Positions 27,463 to 39,500 of a stretch of 64,000 nucleotides of DNA are shown one piece after another. Made by a program: the position numbers and the translations under genes. The stretch is from Octopus sinensis (Eukaryota): NCBI RefSeq assembly GCF_006345805.1, contig NC_043000.1, positions 31,806,001 to 31,870,000 on the forward strand. The letters are read 5' to 3'. The notes beneath the pieces were generated by a model. The model was not told where the DNA came from and made no database searches. It was given only the letters and a program-made list of their open reading frames with translations. Within the stretch, counting starts at the first letter, position 1; the number at the start of each line of letters is the position of its first letter.

Positions 27463-27463
<1 letters not shown>
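26969..27463 (-). mobile_element. Element X (X3), longest copy
   Basis: Same sequence as X2 plus about 60 extra 5' bases that contain GGTATAAAAG. Confidence 0.85.
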
Positions 27464-27535
<72 letters not shown>

Positions 27536-27537
<2 letters not shown>

Positions 27538-28072
27538 TAGTTTTATTTTTATAGCGTGCTTTCACTTCACTACCGAGCGCAGCTCTGTGTGCCTTGGGTA
27601 TGATTTGTTATGATGCTCTGATGGTTATTGTATTGAAAGTGTTCTGCGTAGGATGTGTGTAGTGCCTAGTAGTGCAATTTTCTGTATGTTATATGTGTTT
27701 GTAAATCCAGGTGATTTTGTTATGTATTTGTCTGAATATTTTTTTATCATGCCTAATGCACCTACTATGATGGGAATTGTTTCTGTTTTTAGATTCCACA
27801 TTCTAGTTACTTCTATTTCCAGGTCTTTGTATTTAGAAAGTTTCTCCATTTCTTTTAGAGACACGTTGTCATCTGCTGGTATTGATACATCAATTAGAAA
27901 GCATTTCTTTCTTCATGATCTCTGACAACTATATCTGGTCTGTTGGCCTTAATTTCTCTAGCTGTGTGTATTGGCATATCCTAGAGTATGGTGGCTTTCT
28001 CGTTTTCTGTGACCTTTTCTGGTGTGTGCCTATACCATCTTTTTCTGTTGTTATTCCATAATGTTGGCATAG
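27536..28072 (-). mobile_element. R4/Dong-clade LINE D3, 5'-truncated (RLE plus 3' UTR)
   Basis: WYRHTPEKVTENEKATIL*DMPIHT...KANRPDIVVRD...LIDVSIPADDNVSLKEMEKLSKYKDLEIEVTRMWNLK...LLGTTHILRR. Bounded by (AAT)n. Confidence 0.93.
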
Positions 28073-28073
28073 C

Positions 28074-28152
<79 letters not shown>

Positions 28153-28899
28153 TGAAGATTAAGATAAGGGAAAAAGAAAGCCGTTCAGGGCTTTTTGTTT
28201 CATATAATAATATAGTTAAGAATCTGTAAATGTTTGTTAAGCATTGATTTGTATGTAAATGACGTTTCTCGAAGTTCTAAGTAGTTCTGTCGGATATTGA
28301 TGCGACCAAGAGTGGGGGGCGGTAATTGAATATCAAACCTTTTAATATCATCATAAAAGTATTTAGCAGAATTGGTTTGTTCAATGATAGTTTATCACAG
28401 TTGAATAAATCGAAGTGAAGAAAGAAGAAATCCCTTAATTTCCAAAGTTGTTTCTAATGCTGCGACACAGTCCCACAACACTAGACACTGTCTGGTATTT
28501 AGTGCGACACGTTCACATTCCTAGTGAATTCACCATTGACACACATTAAAATGCAATGAAGGAGCTTCTACCTTTCCGACTGACATGATCAAATACCAGC
28601 CAAGTTGCTCTGAAAACACATATTTACTCCTTATAAAAAAAGTTCATTGAACCAAATCATTATAGAACAGAATACCATCTTACCTTATTCGATATTAATT
28701 AGGTCATTAATTAGCTTTCAATCGGCTAATTATATGAAACATAGCTGCTCTTCAAGCTATTTGCAAATAATGAGCTAATGTAAGACAATAGCCAATTCAA
28801 CCATGTCTCCTCCTTCATACTCACCAAAAGTTATCCTTTTCAACCTAGTTTGTAAGGAAATAGAATGGTATAAGAACATTTTTTATTTCTGCTAGGAAA

Positions 28900-29600
28900 A
28901 TATTTCAAACTGCTATTTTTATATAAAGCCTTTTAATTTTGTTTGTGAAGACTGCCAAAAACTACATAACATATAATAAACGTTATATTGGAGCTGTGGA
29001 AGGAAAATTTAAATCTCGATATAACAACCGTGTTTCGAATTTTAGGTACCGTAATAAGAGACATTCAATAACCCATTCGGCTTTAATCTGGAAACTTAAA
29101 GAAGGGACCAATTTCGATATGAAATGGAGAATCTTCTCTAGATCCAGACCCTATATTAAACAGATCAAAAGTTGTTCAGACTATCCTCTTGAAAAACTGT
29201 ATCTGTAAAACCACCTGAAAAACTCCAATACAGAAATTCGAGGAACGAGATTTTTTTCTTTATGTCCACATTTCAAAAAATACATCTTATCCGAATTTAA
29301 AAGTAGATCACTGGACACTTAGTAAACCATTAACATCTGGTTTACATCTGCTTCATATCGAATTATTATAACGTTTTCCCTTTTTGCCTTCTTCTTTACA
29401 ATCGCCTTTTGTTAAAAGTTATCTGTTCAAAAGACAACAGACAAACGGTCTTGCTTTCAGCTTTAAAAATGTCGGAAAAAATTATTATTTCGATCAGGAA
29501 ACAGTAGGTAGCTGTAATTGCAAGATTTGTGGTTCTTAATTTAAGATAATCTTTACTCTCTGAGCTGATCGAGTGATTTTCCAATTATTCAAGCATTACC
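28900..29600 (+). mobile_element. Penelope-like element 3' part (GIY-YIG endonuclease remnant)
   Basis: KRYIGAVEGKFKSRYNNR...SNFRY...LIWKLK...MKWRIF...PY...C...LEKL fits the PLE GIY-YIG pattern YIG..E..FK.RY.NH..SF. Ends in (TA)n. Confidence 0.8.
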
Positions 29601-29667
29601 ACATATATGTATATATATATGTATATATATATATATATGTTTGTGTGTGCGTGTGGATGTGTGTGTA

Positions 29668-29830
29668 TGTGGTTGTGTGGTAAGAAGCTTGCTTTCCAAC
29701 TACATGTTTCCAGGTTCATTCCCACTGCGTGGGACATTGGGGAGTTACCTACTATAGCTCTATAGCTCCGAGATCAAGCAAAGTATTATAAGTGGATTTG
29801 GTAGACGGAAACTGAAAGAATCATGTCGTG

Positions 29831-29867
<37 letters not shown>

Positions 29868-30836
29868 CATGCCGTGGTTGATGATGCGCAGACACGCGCT
29901 GAGACTGCGGCATCTCTGGCTCTACGTAGACGACGGTGAACAGGTGTGGTCGCCGTTTGTGAGGCGCACTTTCCCGCAGCTCATCTCTATGACCGAACTA
30001 CAGTCGCGGATCAAAAAGAGGCCGAGGAAGGGCGAATGGCTATCGCGTGTGGGACGAGTCAGTTTATCAACCGAGTCTATCGTGATTAATGTCTAGCATC
30101 CTTCCTTGAAACGGGAAGGAAGAGCCATTTTCATCGTACTTGTGGCTATGGCGAAAGAATGTGTATGGTGAATGCGTCTGAAAGGTCTAGAGACAAACAC
30201 TCCTCTCTGGTCAATCTCTCAACAAAGAGGAAGGTGAGAGTAGAGAGGGAAGTTTTGTCTAGTGAATGTTTCAAAAAAAGGTGTGAATGACGGAGCTACC
30301 TTGAGCATAGTCCTATGAACCAAAAAAAGGAAAGGAAAAAGAGAGTCACTGTAATGTGTTTTTTTTTTGCATGACATTATTGTCCGAGGTTACCGTAGTC
30401 TTTTCCGTTGGCTTTTCTTTCCATGGATAAATCTAATCTGTTTTTCACATTGACATTTCTGTGATACACGATCCCTATTGATCGGCTTTTTCTTTCCACG
30501 ATCCCTTTTGATCGAAATTCGACCCACTTTTTTTCTCTTCTTCCCAAACAGAAAAGATCTACTTTGTAGCTTGTCCCCTCTGTGTTCAGCACTGTGTGGC
30601 CAATAAAGAAACATATACGTATGTATATATACCTAGGTTGTTGCTTGTCCCCCACAACCGCTTGACAACCGATCTTGGTTTGTTTACGTCCCCGTAAGCA
30701 CAAAAAGACCGACAGAATAAGTATCAGGCTTTAATAAAATAGGCACCGTTGTCGATTTATTCAACTACACTTTCGAAGGCTGTACTCCAGAATGGCCTCA
30801 AACCAATGGCTGAAGGACGGGAAACGGAAAAGATAC
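29668..30836 (+). mobile_element. Bipartite SINE family C split by a Tx1 insertion (head 29668-29832, 3' module 30640-30836)
   Basis: Both modules match 10959-11329 but are separated by (TA)n plus the Tx1 fragment. Confidence 0.8.
29863..30615 (+). mobile_element. Tx1/L1-clade LINE, 5'-truncated and internally deleted, with 3' UTR
   Basis: DMPWLMMRRHALRLRHLWLY...WSPFVRR.FPQL (post-RT GGLGxP region), then RKVRVEREVLSSECFKKR (C-terminus), a 3' UTR and AATAAAGAAA. Clade assigned from memory of Tx1 ORF2. Confidence 0.7.
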
Positions 30837-30889
30837 AAGGATTATATATGCGTAAGTGTGTATACATGTCATTTGACGCGTCCGCGTGC

Positions 30890-30922
<33 letters not shown>

Positions 30923-31082
30923 AGTAATTAAAAACCTATAAATATACCAAAATAGAAATACAGACAGATTATTGGTGTAGGAAAAACCTTTTATTTCGAT
31001 GTCATCTGGAAATGTTCAAACTATATTACTGCTACATGTGTATGTGTGCGCATGTATATATATATGTGTGTGTGTCCATATA

Positions 31083-31132
<50 letters not shown>

Positions 31133-31180
31133 ATATATATATAATATATATATACATGTATCTATCTATCTATCTATCTA

Positions 31181-31227
<47 letters not shown>

Positions 31228-31350
31228 TATATATTATATATATATATATATTATATATAGACTCTGTGTTTACGTGTGTGCGTGCGTGTGTGTGAAAGTG
31301 TGTGTGAGTAATGTCATTCACACACACACACACATACACAACACACACAC

Positions 31351-31394
<44 letters not shown>

Positions 31395-31685
31395 TTTTAG
31401 ATTCTGTGTGCATGAAAACAGGTGGTGGGGGAGATAGACACAGACATGAACGCAGCCCGATTTTGTGACAGAGAAGGAGAGCAAGAGAAAAAGAGTGAGA
31501 AGGTGAGAGAGAGAGAGAGAGAGAGAAAGAATGAGAGAAATAGAAAGAGAGCAGGAAATAAAGTAAGAGACATACAAAGAAATAAAGAAAGAACGAAAGA
31601 AAGAAATAGAAAAAGGAAGGGAGAGATTGAGATTAAGAGAGAGAAAGAATGAGAGAGCAAGAAAAAAGATAAGGAGGGGGAGAAA

Positions 31686-31725
<40 letters not shown>
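30890..31725. repeat. Compound (TA)/(TATC)/(TG)/(CA)/(GA) and purine-rich low-complexity tract
   Basis: Directly visible. Confidence 0.92.
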
Positions 31726-31728
<3 letters not shown>

Positions 31729-32129
31729 GCAGAAAGAAAGAATAAAAGAGACTCAATGTAGAAGGCGACAATTTTCGAAACATTCGCCATATAATTTCGT
31801 TGTCATAGCAACTAATTCCAATTACAATGAGGCAGTTTTAGTGCCGGGGAAAGCCACCTACCTGGGTGACGGGGCTGCCGTTGTTATTAGCCTAACAGCA
31901 ACAACAACAACAACAACAACTTCACTGGTTAATAGAATATTGTTGTCTTGCTTATGTGTGTTTTTCGTTGTATTTGCTCCCCCCTTTTTCTCTCTCTCTC
32001 CTTCTCTCTCTCTCTCTCTCTCTGCAGGGGACACTGTCTCATTTACACATCTCTGTCGTCATAATGAACAGACAGCAACAGTTATCTTCCCCTAGTAACT
32101 AGCTAAACCCTTTTTGCGACTCTCCGACG

Positions 32130-32432
32130 TCACCGCTACTACTACCACTACCACTACTACAGCTGCTGTTGCTGCTGCTACTGACGCTGCTACCACTGTT
32201 GGCACTACTGCTGCTGCTGCCGCTGCTACTCTCGCGGTTACTCTCCTCCCTCACAACCTTTTCACGTCGTTCCGTTTAGTTGTAACCAACACCTTCTCTC
32301 AATGTCATTGTCAACAGTGATTCTGGCAGAGACAGTACTGCCACCGTCACTACCTACAGCATCACCTTTGTCCTTTTTATCATCATCATCATCGTCATCA
32401 TCGTCATCATCGTCATCGCTATCATCATCAGC
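32130..32432. repeat. Imperfect (ACT)/(GCT) and (CAT)n trinucleotide tracts
   Basis: Directly visible. Confidence 0.85.
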
Positions 32433-32526
32433 ATTAAAATTTCTTTTGTATCCTGATATGAATCAGCAAAGTCTGGAGGTGGATACAGTGTGTGGGTATT
32501 GTTCAAGTAACCAATAGAATTCCTTC

Positions 32527-32800
32527 GTAAATGACAAACAGATGTATTGCTTAAATGACCAATAGATACTTTGTGGAATTGACCAACAGTTGTACAACTA
32601 TCTGATAAGATTTTGTCTTAACGACTAACAGATATATTGTCTAAATGACAAATATATCTGTCGTCTACGCATCTGTTTGTCATTTACACAATACAGCTGT
32701 TTGCCATGTAGACAAAAAACATTTATTGTGTAAGTGACAAATGTATTGTCGAAACGACAAATAAATGTATTGTGTGTGTGACGAACAGATACGTTGCTCT
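32527..32800. repeat. Degenerate ~23-24-bp subrepeats in both orientations with an 18-bp perfect inverted repeat
   Basis: GTAAATGACAAACAGATG at 32527-32544 and its reverse complement at 32670-32687. Related AAnTGACnAAnAGAT units lie between and after. Confidence 0.65.
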
Positions 32801-32939
32801 GGATGAGACAGTAGTACGGATGTAGACCGAATGGCTTCCCATTTTCTGCGTAATGTCATACCTGACATTGTAAATTAATATCATGTGCATGCAACCATTA
32901 CTTTTCTTTTCTCTTTCATAGGACGAGAGGTTGAGGAAT

Positions 32940-33760
32940 ATGTGTGCCACATCGTAGTGATTAGGACTCCAGGGGAATTACAACCGTGTTTCGTGGTCTG
33001 CTGTCACAACAGCTCCTTTATAGGATCCAGTTAGCTCAAGACATCATCAGGAGGAACCACGTCCGGTTCCGGCCCCTACTCCTCTACCGTTTTGACGTGA
33101 CGCCCCACCCCTTCGGAGGTGTCTTCTTTCTCTTGTTCCCTGGCCTCTTCGATGTATCGTCAGCGAGTGTCAACCGGTGACTGACTGACTTGTCAAATTT
33201 TTTCCTTTAAATACCTGCTGGTAGGCTCCAGCAGGGAGCCCCAGCAAGTTGCCACGTGACACTGTCTCACCTTAACTGACTAGTGAAGGCGCATGGTCTT
33301 AGCCCGCGCATTCTCTAAACGATCGTCGCCTGTCAGTCAGCGAAGCTGATTCGGAGTCAGCTTGTCTCACCTAGTGATGTTATTTCCCGCCGGCATGTTA
33401 TGACTTTCAAGCCATTTTTGGTTTTCCCGCTTCAGCCATATATAGAAGCTGGCTTTTTCGACCGCCTCCTGTACTCTCCTTATTAGTTTTCGCAGCTCAG
33501 AGCTAGAAAAAACAAATCTTCTTTTGAATAGCGTTGTCATTTTCCTTTCAATGAAGCCTCTAGCCCCCACTGCCAGGTGGTAATACTCGACATTCCATCC
33601 TTGTTCTCTGCACTCTTCGATTAGTTTTTCGTACTTCTCCTTTCGTTCCTCTGCATTGCCGATGTTCTCTTCCCAGGCCTGTTTTCATGCAGTGTATCTA
33701 GGGAAATCCAGTTTGGTAGATCATCTTCTTGTAACGATTGCATTTTAGCACTGTAAATTA
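32940..33760 (-). mobile_element. HERO-like (R2 group, RLE-type) non-LTR retrotransposon 3' end with GC-rich 3' UTR
   Basis: WEENIGNAEERKEKYEKLIEECREQGWNVEYYHLAVGARGF...RRVQEAVEKASFYIWLKRE, the PWEE..A.ERK..KY..L...C...GW....VG.RGF pattern of RLE domains. The stop is at 33367. Confidence 0.75.
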
Positions 33761-34651
33761 GGAAACTATCGCTTCCATTCAGCTAACGCGCCAGCTTTGT
33801 TTGTTTGTTTGCTTTTGCATTGATTAAATGAGCCACATTGATATTTATGAGAAGTGACTTGGTTCTTTAAGAGTTAATTGCTTGGCACTGAGTCAGCCAG
33901 TTACCATTCTCAGATTCTCATTAAATATCATGAAATCGTCTTATTCTCAGACACTAATCCTTGTTAAATCATTGTCTATTGAACGATGTTTGAAACACAT
34001 TCCAATAATATTCTTATGATACATCATTAAACATTCACAAATATTTTCAGTCGCTTTCCAAGATTGAATCTTGCAGGGCGGTAACAAACACCTCCAGCTA
34101 CGATAAGGTGCCTTATTATACAGTAAGACTTGTTCCTCGCTTATATATGTCAATTCTTAACAAATTTCAGAATTATTTCGCAGATTTCAGTCTCGGGACG
34201 GATTTTTTGCTCTTGAAGAGGTTTCCTAACACGTTTAGCAAAATAATCCCAGCAACTGTTTAGAATCACTTGACAAACATCTACTCTTCTTAAGCAACAT
34301 CTAAACACATTATTGGTTTTGAAGTCGATCTAAAAACTACCTGTCCACTTTCTGGATTCAAGATAAGCACTTCGGTTCCAGCTTGTAAAAGTTATTTACT
34401 CTGTGGTCAAATGACCCGTTTCTATGTAGATATGAAATTGTGTAAGGAAATCTACTGATGAAATAAGTATTACTACAGTCACATATCGAGTAATAATCAA
34501 TATATTGAACTTAACTAAACTCCTTTCCAATAAAGGAAAATTTCAAGCAAAAGTCTTGTCTTGTAAAGAACCCCAGAAATGCAGATTTCGACACTAACTT
34601 TTAGACGAGTAGAAAAACTCGAAATATGAGAGACGAAAGCAGTAACTATAC

Positions 34652-35042
34652 GGAGTAATGTTTATCGCCATCTAAACATGTGCAGCTGGAGGAGGCGTCC
34701 TGCCGCAGGAGGTGTCCTGCTGGAGGAGGCGTCCTGCTGAGGAGGCGTCCTGCTGAGGAGGCGTCCTGCTGGAGGAGGTTTCCTGCTGGAAGAGGCGTCC
34801 TACTGGAGGAGGCTTCCTGCTGGAAGAGGCGTCCTGCTGGAGGAGGCGTCCTGCTGGAGGAGGCGTCTTGCTGGAGGAGGTGTCCTGCTGGAGGAGGCAT
34901 CCTCTTGGAGGAGACGTCCTGCTGGAGGAGGCGTCCTGCTGGAGGAGGCGTCTGCTGGAGGAGGCGTCTTGCTGAGGTTAAGAAAGCAATGTCGTCCGGT
35001 TTTAGAGAACACCCCTGTTTAGTTGGCGATAAACATTATTCC
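34652..35042. mobile_element. MITE-like element: 27-bp inverted termini enclosing a 17-bp minisatellite
   Basis: GGAGTAATGTTTATCGCCATCTAAACA (34652-34678) versus the reverse complement of 35016-35042 match at 25/27 positions. Confidence 0.7.
34685..34976 (+). repeat. GC-rich 17-bp minisatellite (GCTGGAGGAGGCGTCCT), about 17 units
   Basis: Directly visible. Confidence 0.95.
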
Positions 35043-35234
35043 TCAATATTCTTTATACTTGGGATAAAATTTCATTTCTTTGGTGGTTATTTCCCAAGAA
35101 TCCTTTAGTTCGATGCGATGATAGTTTCATCTCTAGCAGTGAGGACTTCTTCCCATTTTAAGTGTAGTATTTTTCAGTTAAGAAGCAATTGTTAAATTCT
35201 GAAATCTTTTAAAGTTGTTACTGTTGTTTACTGT

Positions 35235-35330
35235 GATCGAACCGACCTATGATCAAAGATATTCCAGATCGACTAGCTAGTGGTGGCCACGATCATTCAA
35301 CCTTCTTCAAAACATTTTTTAGGGTGGTCT
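35235..35330 (+). repeat. Unclassified old interspersed repeat (GACCTATGATCAAAGAnATTCCAG family)
   Basis: Loosely related segments at about 57040-57225, 58600-58690, 60250-60420 and 9130-9330. Similarity is weak and judged by eye. Confidence 0.35.
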
Positions 35331-35549
35331 TTCCAAAAACAGTTCATCTTTAGATTATTAGTGCGCGACTAAAAAGTATTGGTTCCCTTGAAAGTATCTA
35401 ATTCTTCAAAGCATATTTGTGACCAAAGATTGGTCTTGCGTTGCCAATAGAGTGCTCTCGGTCTCTTTTTTTAGCGTTTCTTTCATCAGCCAATCTTACC
35501 TATTTTTTCCAGCGTCTTTTTGTACTTCGTTTGTTTTACCTTTTTTCAC

Positions 35550-35677
35550 TGGTTATTATTATTATTATCATTATTATTATTATTATTATTATTATATTAT
35601 TATTATTATTATTATTATTATCATCATGATCATGATCATCATGATCATCATCATCATCGTCATCATCATCATCATCA

Positions 35678-35710
<33 letters not shown>

Positions 35711-35884
35711 GTATTAGTATTATTATTATCATTATTATTATTATATTAATTTTTATCGATTTCAGTTTAAGGAAAGACCTGAATCGACCTTGATTAGCGG
35801 TATTTATTTGTCTATTTATTGATTGATTCCAAATGTCAATAACAATCTCTGTCAGATTCTCAGCAATATACTGTATGAATACGA

Positions 35885-35940
<56 letters not shown>

Positions 35941-35960
35941 TATATATATATATATATATA
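35550..35960. repeat. (TAT)/(CAT) compound tract and (TA)n tract
   Basis: Directly visible. Further imperfect (CAT)/(GTT)/(CAC) tracts at 36225-36880 and (TACA)/(TA)/(TATG) at 37235-37560. Confidence 0.93.
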
Positions 35961-37276
35961 TATTTACATATACATGGACATGCACGCAGGCACACACAAT
36001 ATATATACATACAAACATCCATACATACGTATGGCTATATATATATATGAATTCTAATAATACCTATTGTAGATAGCAGTTATGTTTATATATAAATAAT
36101 TATAAACGAGTGTATATATGTGTTTGTGCGAGGCGGCAGATGAGAAAGAGAGAGGGCAGAAGAAGAGAAACTCACCAAACTTGTTGAAGAAAGTCTTTCA
36201 CATCGATGATGGTTTTTACTTTACTTTTATCATCATCACCATCAACAACAACAACAGCAGCAGCAGCATCCTCTTACTCATCTCTATCTTAATCCACCTC
36301 CTTTCTCCACTCTTATTCATCATCATCGTCGTCATTGCCGTCTTGGTCGTTGCCATCATCCTCATCATCAGGGTAATTTTGTTGACCATCATTGGAACCG
36401 ATTTCTTTATCTTTGTTGTTGTTGTTGTTATTTTATCCCTAAGTCATCTTTCATGTATAAATAAAGCGAATCTAACCGTGACCTCTCCTCCTTTCTCACA
36501 AATCTACCACTAATGCTTTTTACAACAGTAGATTGTTACACGAGGGAATTAATTGCTATTTCTAGCAGGCCTGACAACTCAGTAGAAGTTCTTTCGCTCG
36601 TCTTCTTGCTGTGATTCTGGATGTTGTTGTTGCTACTGATGTTCTTGTTGTTGTTGCTTCTGCTGTTCCTGTTGTAATTAAATGTTGTCGTTGCTGTTGT
36701 TTCCTTCCGATGACGTCACTCCCCTTCGTTAACGCCAATACAACCAGTTCCGTTACTTCAAAAACCTATTCACACATGATCTTATCGTTGCTTCTATTGT
36801 TATTATTGTCACCATCATCATCATCATCACCACAATCACCACCACTACCACCACCACCACTACTACTATTACAACTACTGTTTTATTTTCACTTCCCCTA
36901 CTCACCGTTACCCTGATACCAACAAGTCTGCCTCAGTTGTCTTCCGTGCAATTTCCCGACCCCCAGCACAACCCTAAAACTTCCTCAACCCCTTCACAAA
37001 CGTCCCAGCCTTCCTCGGGCTTTTCCTCTCCCTCCACAATACTCTCGTTCCCAGTTTGTCTCCGACGAAAATTAATTCAGTTGAAATTATGAATCATTCC
37101 CACACAATCATTTGCCGTATTTCACGAAGGAAATAATTGGGATAAAATTTTTTAATACTTCATGGAAATATTTTTATTATTTCTTCGTGATTCATTTACA
37201 GATGTGTACTTCCTACACACGCATGCATATACACAATACATGCATACATACATACATACATACATACATACATACA

Positions 37277-37312
<36 letters not shown>

Positions 37313-37559
37313 TATATAATATATATATAATATATATATATATATAATATATATACATATACATACATACATACATATATATGTATATATATATATATAT
37401 ATGTATGTATATGTATATGTATGTATGTATGTATATATGTATGTATACATGCCTGCACATGGATACATTTCCCTACATGCTTACAGTTATATACATGGCT
37501 ACATAAGTATGCACGCATGCACACGCACACACATGTATGTGTGTGTATGTGTGTGCGTG

Positions 37560-38500
37560 TTAAGGTCGTTACTATTTATGATGGCTTTCTTAGACATGCC
37601 TATGGTCACTCAGACAGCCACTGTCATTGGCTAAGCCGATGATACAAAATTCTCATATGCAATAAAGAATCTAGATGACGTCGCAAACTTGCAGCGAGAT
37701 CTGAATGCGACATACAAGTGGGCTGAAGTAAACAACATGCAGTTTAATGCTCGAAAATTTCGGTCACTGTGCGATCAACTCACAAATGCACTGCACTCTG
37801 CATTTACAGAACCCTAACCCGAAGAAACTGCTATCCCAGAATCACAGGCTGTCAAAGACTTGGGGGAGGTTAGTATGTGCAATGATGCATCATTTCATAT
37901 GCACATTACCAAGATAGCAGCAAAGTGCAGAGTACTGGCAGGATAGATACTGAGATTCTTCAATGCAAGAGACCAAGAAATTATGTTGAACCTGTTGAGA
38001 ACCTTTGTTCTCAGCCGCTTGAACTACTGCTCCCAGTTATGGTCACCACATAGTGCCAAAGTAACATTGCAGCTTAGAAACGGTCCAAGGTCGCCAAACT
38101 AAAAATATTGCAACAGTGCAACAGATGAGCCACAGAGAGAGGCTGGAAAAGGTACGACTTTACTCACCGGAGAGAAGACACAACAGATATGTTATAGTAT
38201 GCATTTGGAAACTTGTGGAAATTTCTAGAAGGGCTCGTACCTAATTTGCTCATGGTGTGTGATACAAATGCTAGAACTGGGCGCCGTTGTATTCTGCCAA
38301 AGGTATTGGCCTCTCCATCTATATTCAGGATCAGATACAGTAATAGATTAAGGTTCAAAGGCCCACAGCTCTTCAATGCCCTCTCCACTCTAACGGATGA
38401 ACCAACGGCCCAGCATGAGGTACAGATAAGGTAGCATTGTCAAACTCCTACATTCACCAAATGGCCAACAACCAGGGCAAAAGTACATACAAGATGTGAA
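37560..38500 (+). mobile_element. CR1-like LINE, 3' RT fragment, degenerate
   Basis: LLFMMAFLDMP...*ADDTKFS...LQRDLNATYKWAEVNNMQFN...KDLG...TFVLSRLNYCSQLWSPH...RRHNRY...KGPQLFNAL. Confidence 0.9.
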
Positions 38501-39045
38501 ACCCCACCACCCGGAAGAAATCAGCAAAAGAAGAGAATTCACTTTACAAAGCCGACAGCTGTTTCTATCGTATTAACATATATAAATATAGAAAACATTA
38601 TTGAAATTAACATTTCCGAAAATACAGATTAAGACAACGTTTTTAAAGCGATCCAAAATTAGTTAAATTCAAAGTGAGCTAAGAAAATGTCTCCAGTACA
38701 CGAAAGCCTGCGAAGAGACAGAGTGTCTTCAGACTCCCAGTAAAATATATTCCAAGCTATAACATTCTATTTGGCCATGACTTGGAAGGTTCTTTAGCAG
38801 GAAACCGTTCAATAGCATGAATCAATTGTCTGACGAAGGCTAGCAGGTCGAAATTTCGAAGTCCCTGTCATCCCCCTTCTTGTAATAGTACAATAAATAC
38901 TTTCCAAAATGCATTAATTATTTATTTCAGTTTAAATTTAAATTCCTTTTCTTATAATGTAACATAAAAACAGGCAACAGTATAAATATACATATACATA
39001 CATACATACATACACACACCCTGTCACACACACACAGACACACAC

Positions 39046-39096
<51 letters not shown>

Positions 39097-39100
<4 letters not shown>

Positions 39101-39303
39101 GAATTTACAAAAAACAAAAGACAAAGACGGGTGTAAACAACAAACAGCTGTATTAATTTAACCTTCGGGAAGTGAGAAAGTCTTTTACGTTTCGAGCCTA
39201 CGCTCTTCGACAGAAAGGAACACAGAAATAAACAGGGAGAGAAAATAAGAAAAGGTTTAGTGGCTAGCGATCTGTCATGGCGAATGCCGGACAGAGGGGT
39301 CAC
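39097..39303 (-). mobile_element. Family A element (longest copy), next to (TA)n
   Basis: Minus strand: GTGACC...CCTTT-CTGTCGA-A-GAGC-GTAG-GCTC-GAAACGTA-AAAG (motif at 39182-39217). Confidence 0.82.
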
Positions 39304-39359
39304 ACAGGAGAGCTAGGAAGAAGGGGAGATAATAAAGTAGAAGTGATCCCCAAATAAAG

Positions 39360-39364
39360 GTATG

Positions 39365-39412
<48 letters not shown>

Positions 39413-39445
39413 TGTGTGTGTGCGTGTGTGTGTGTGTGTGTGGGG

Positions 39446-39480
<35 letters not shown>

Positions 39481-39500
39481 TGTGTGTGCGTGCGTGTGTA
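39360..39500. repeat. (TA)-(TG)n tract
   Basis: Directly visible. Confidence 0.95.

Noticed and set aside
32114-32517. Thr/Ala/Ser-rich ORFs resembling a transcription-factor low-complexity region
   Set aside because: Explained by imperfect trinucleotide repeats, with no domain or splice support.
34646-35108. ORFs on both strands with repeated RTPPPAG / CWRRRP motifs
   Set aside because: They are translations of the 17-bp minisatellite.
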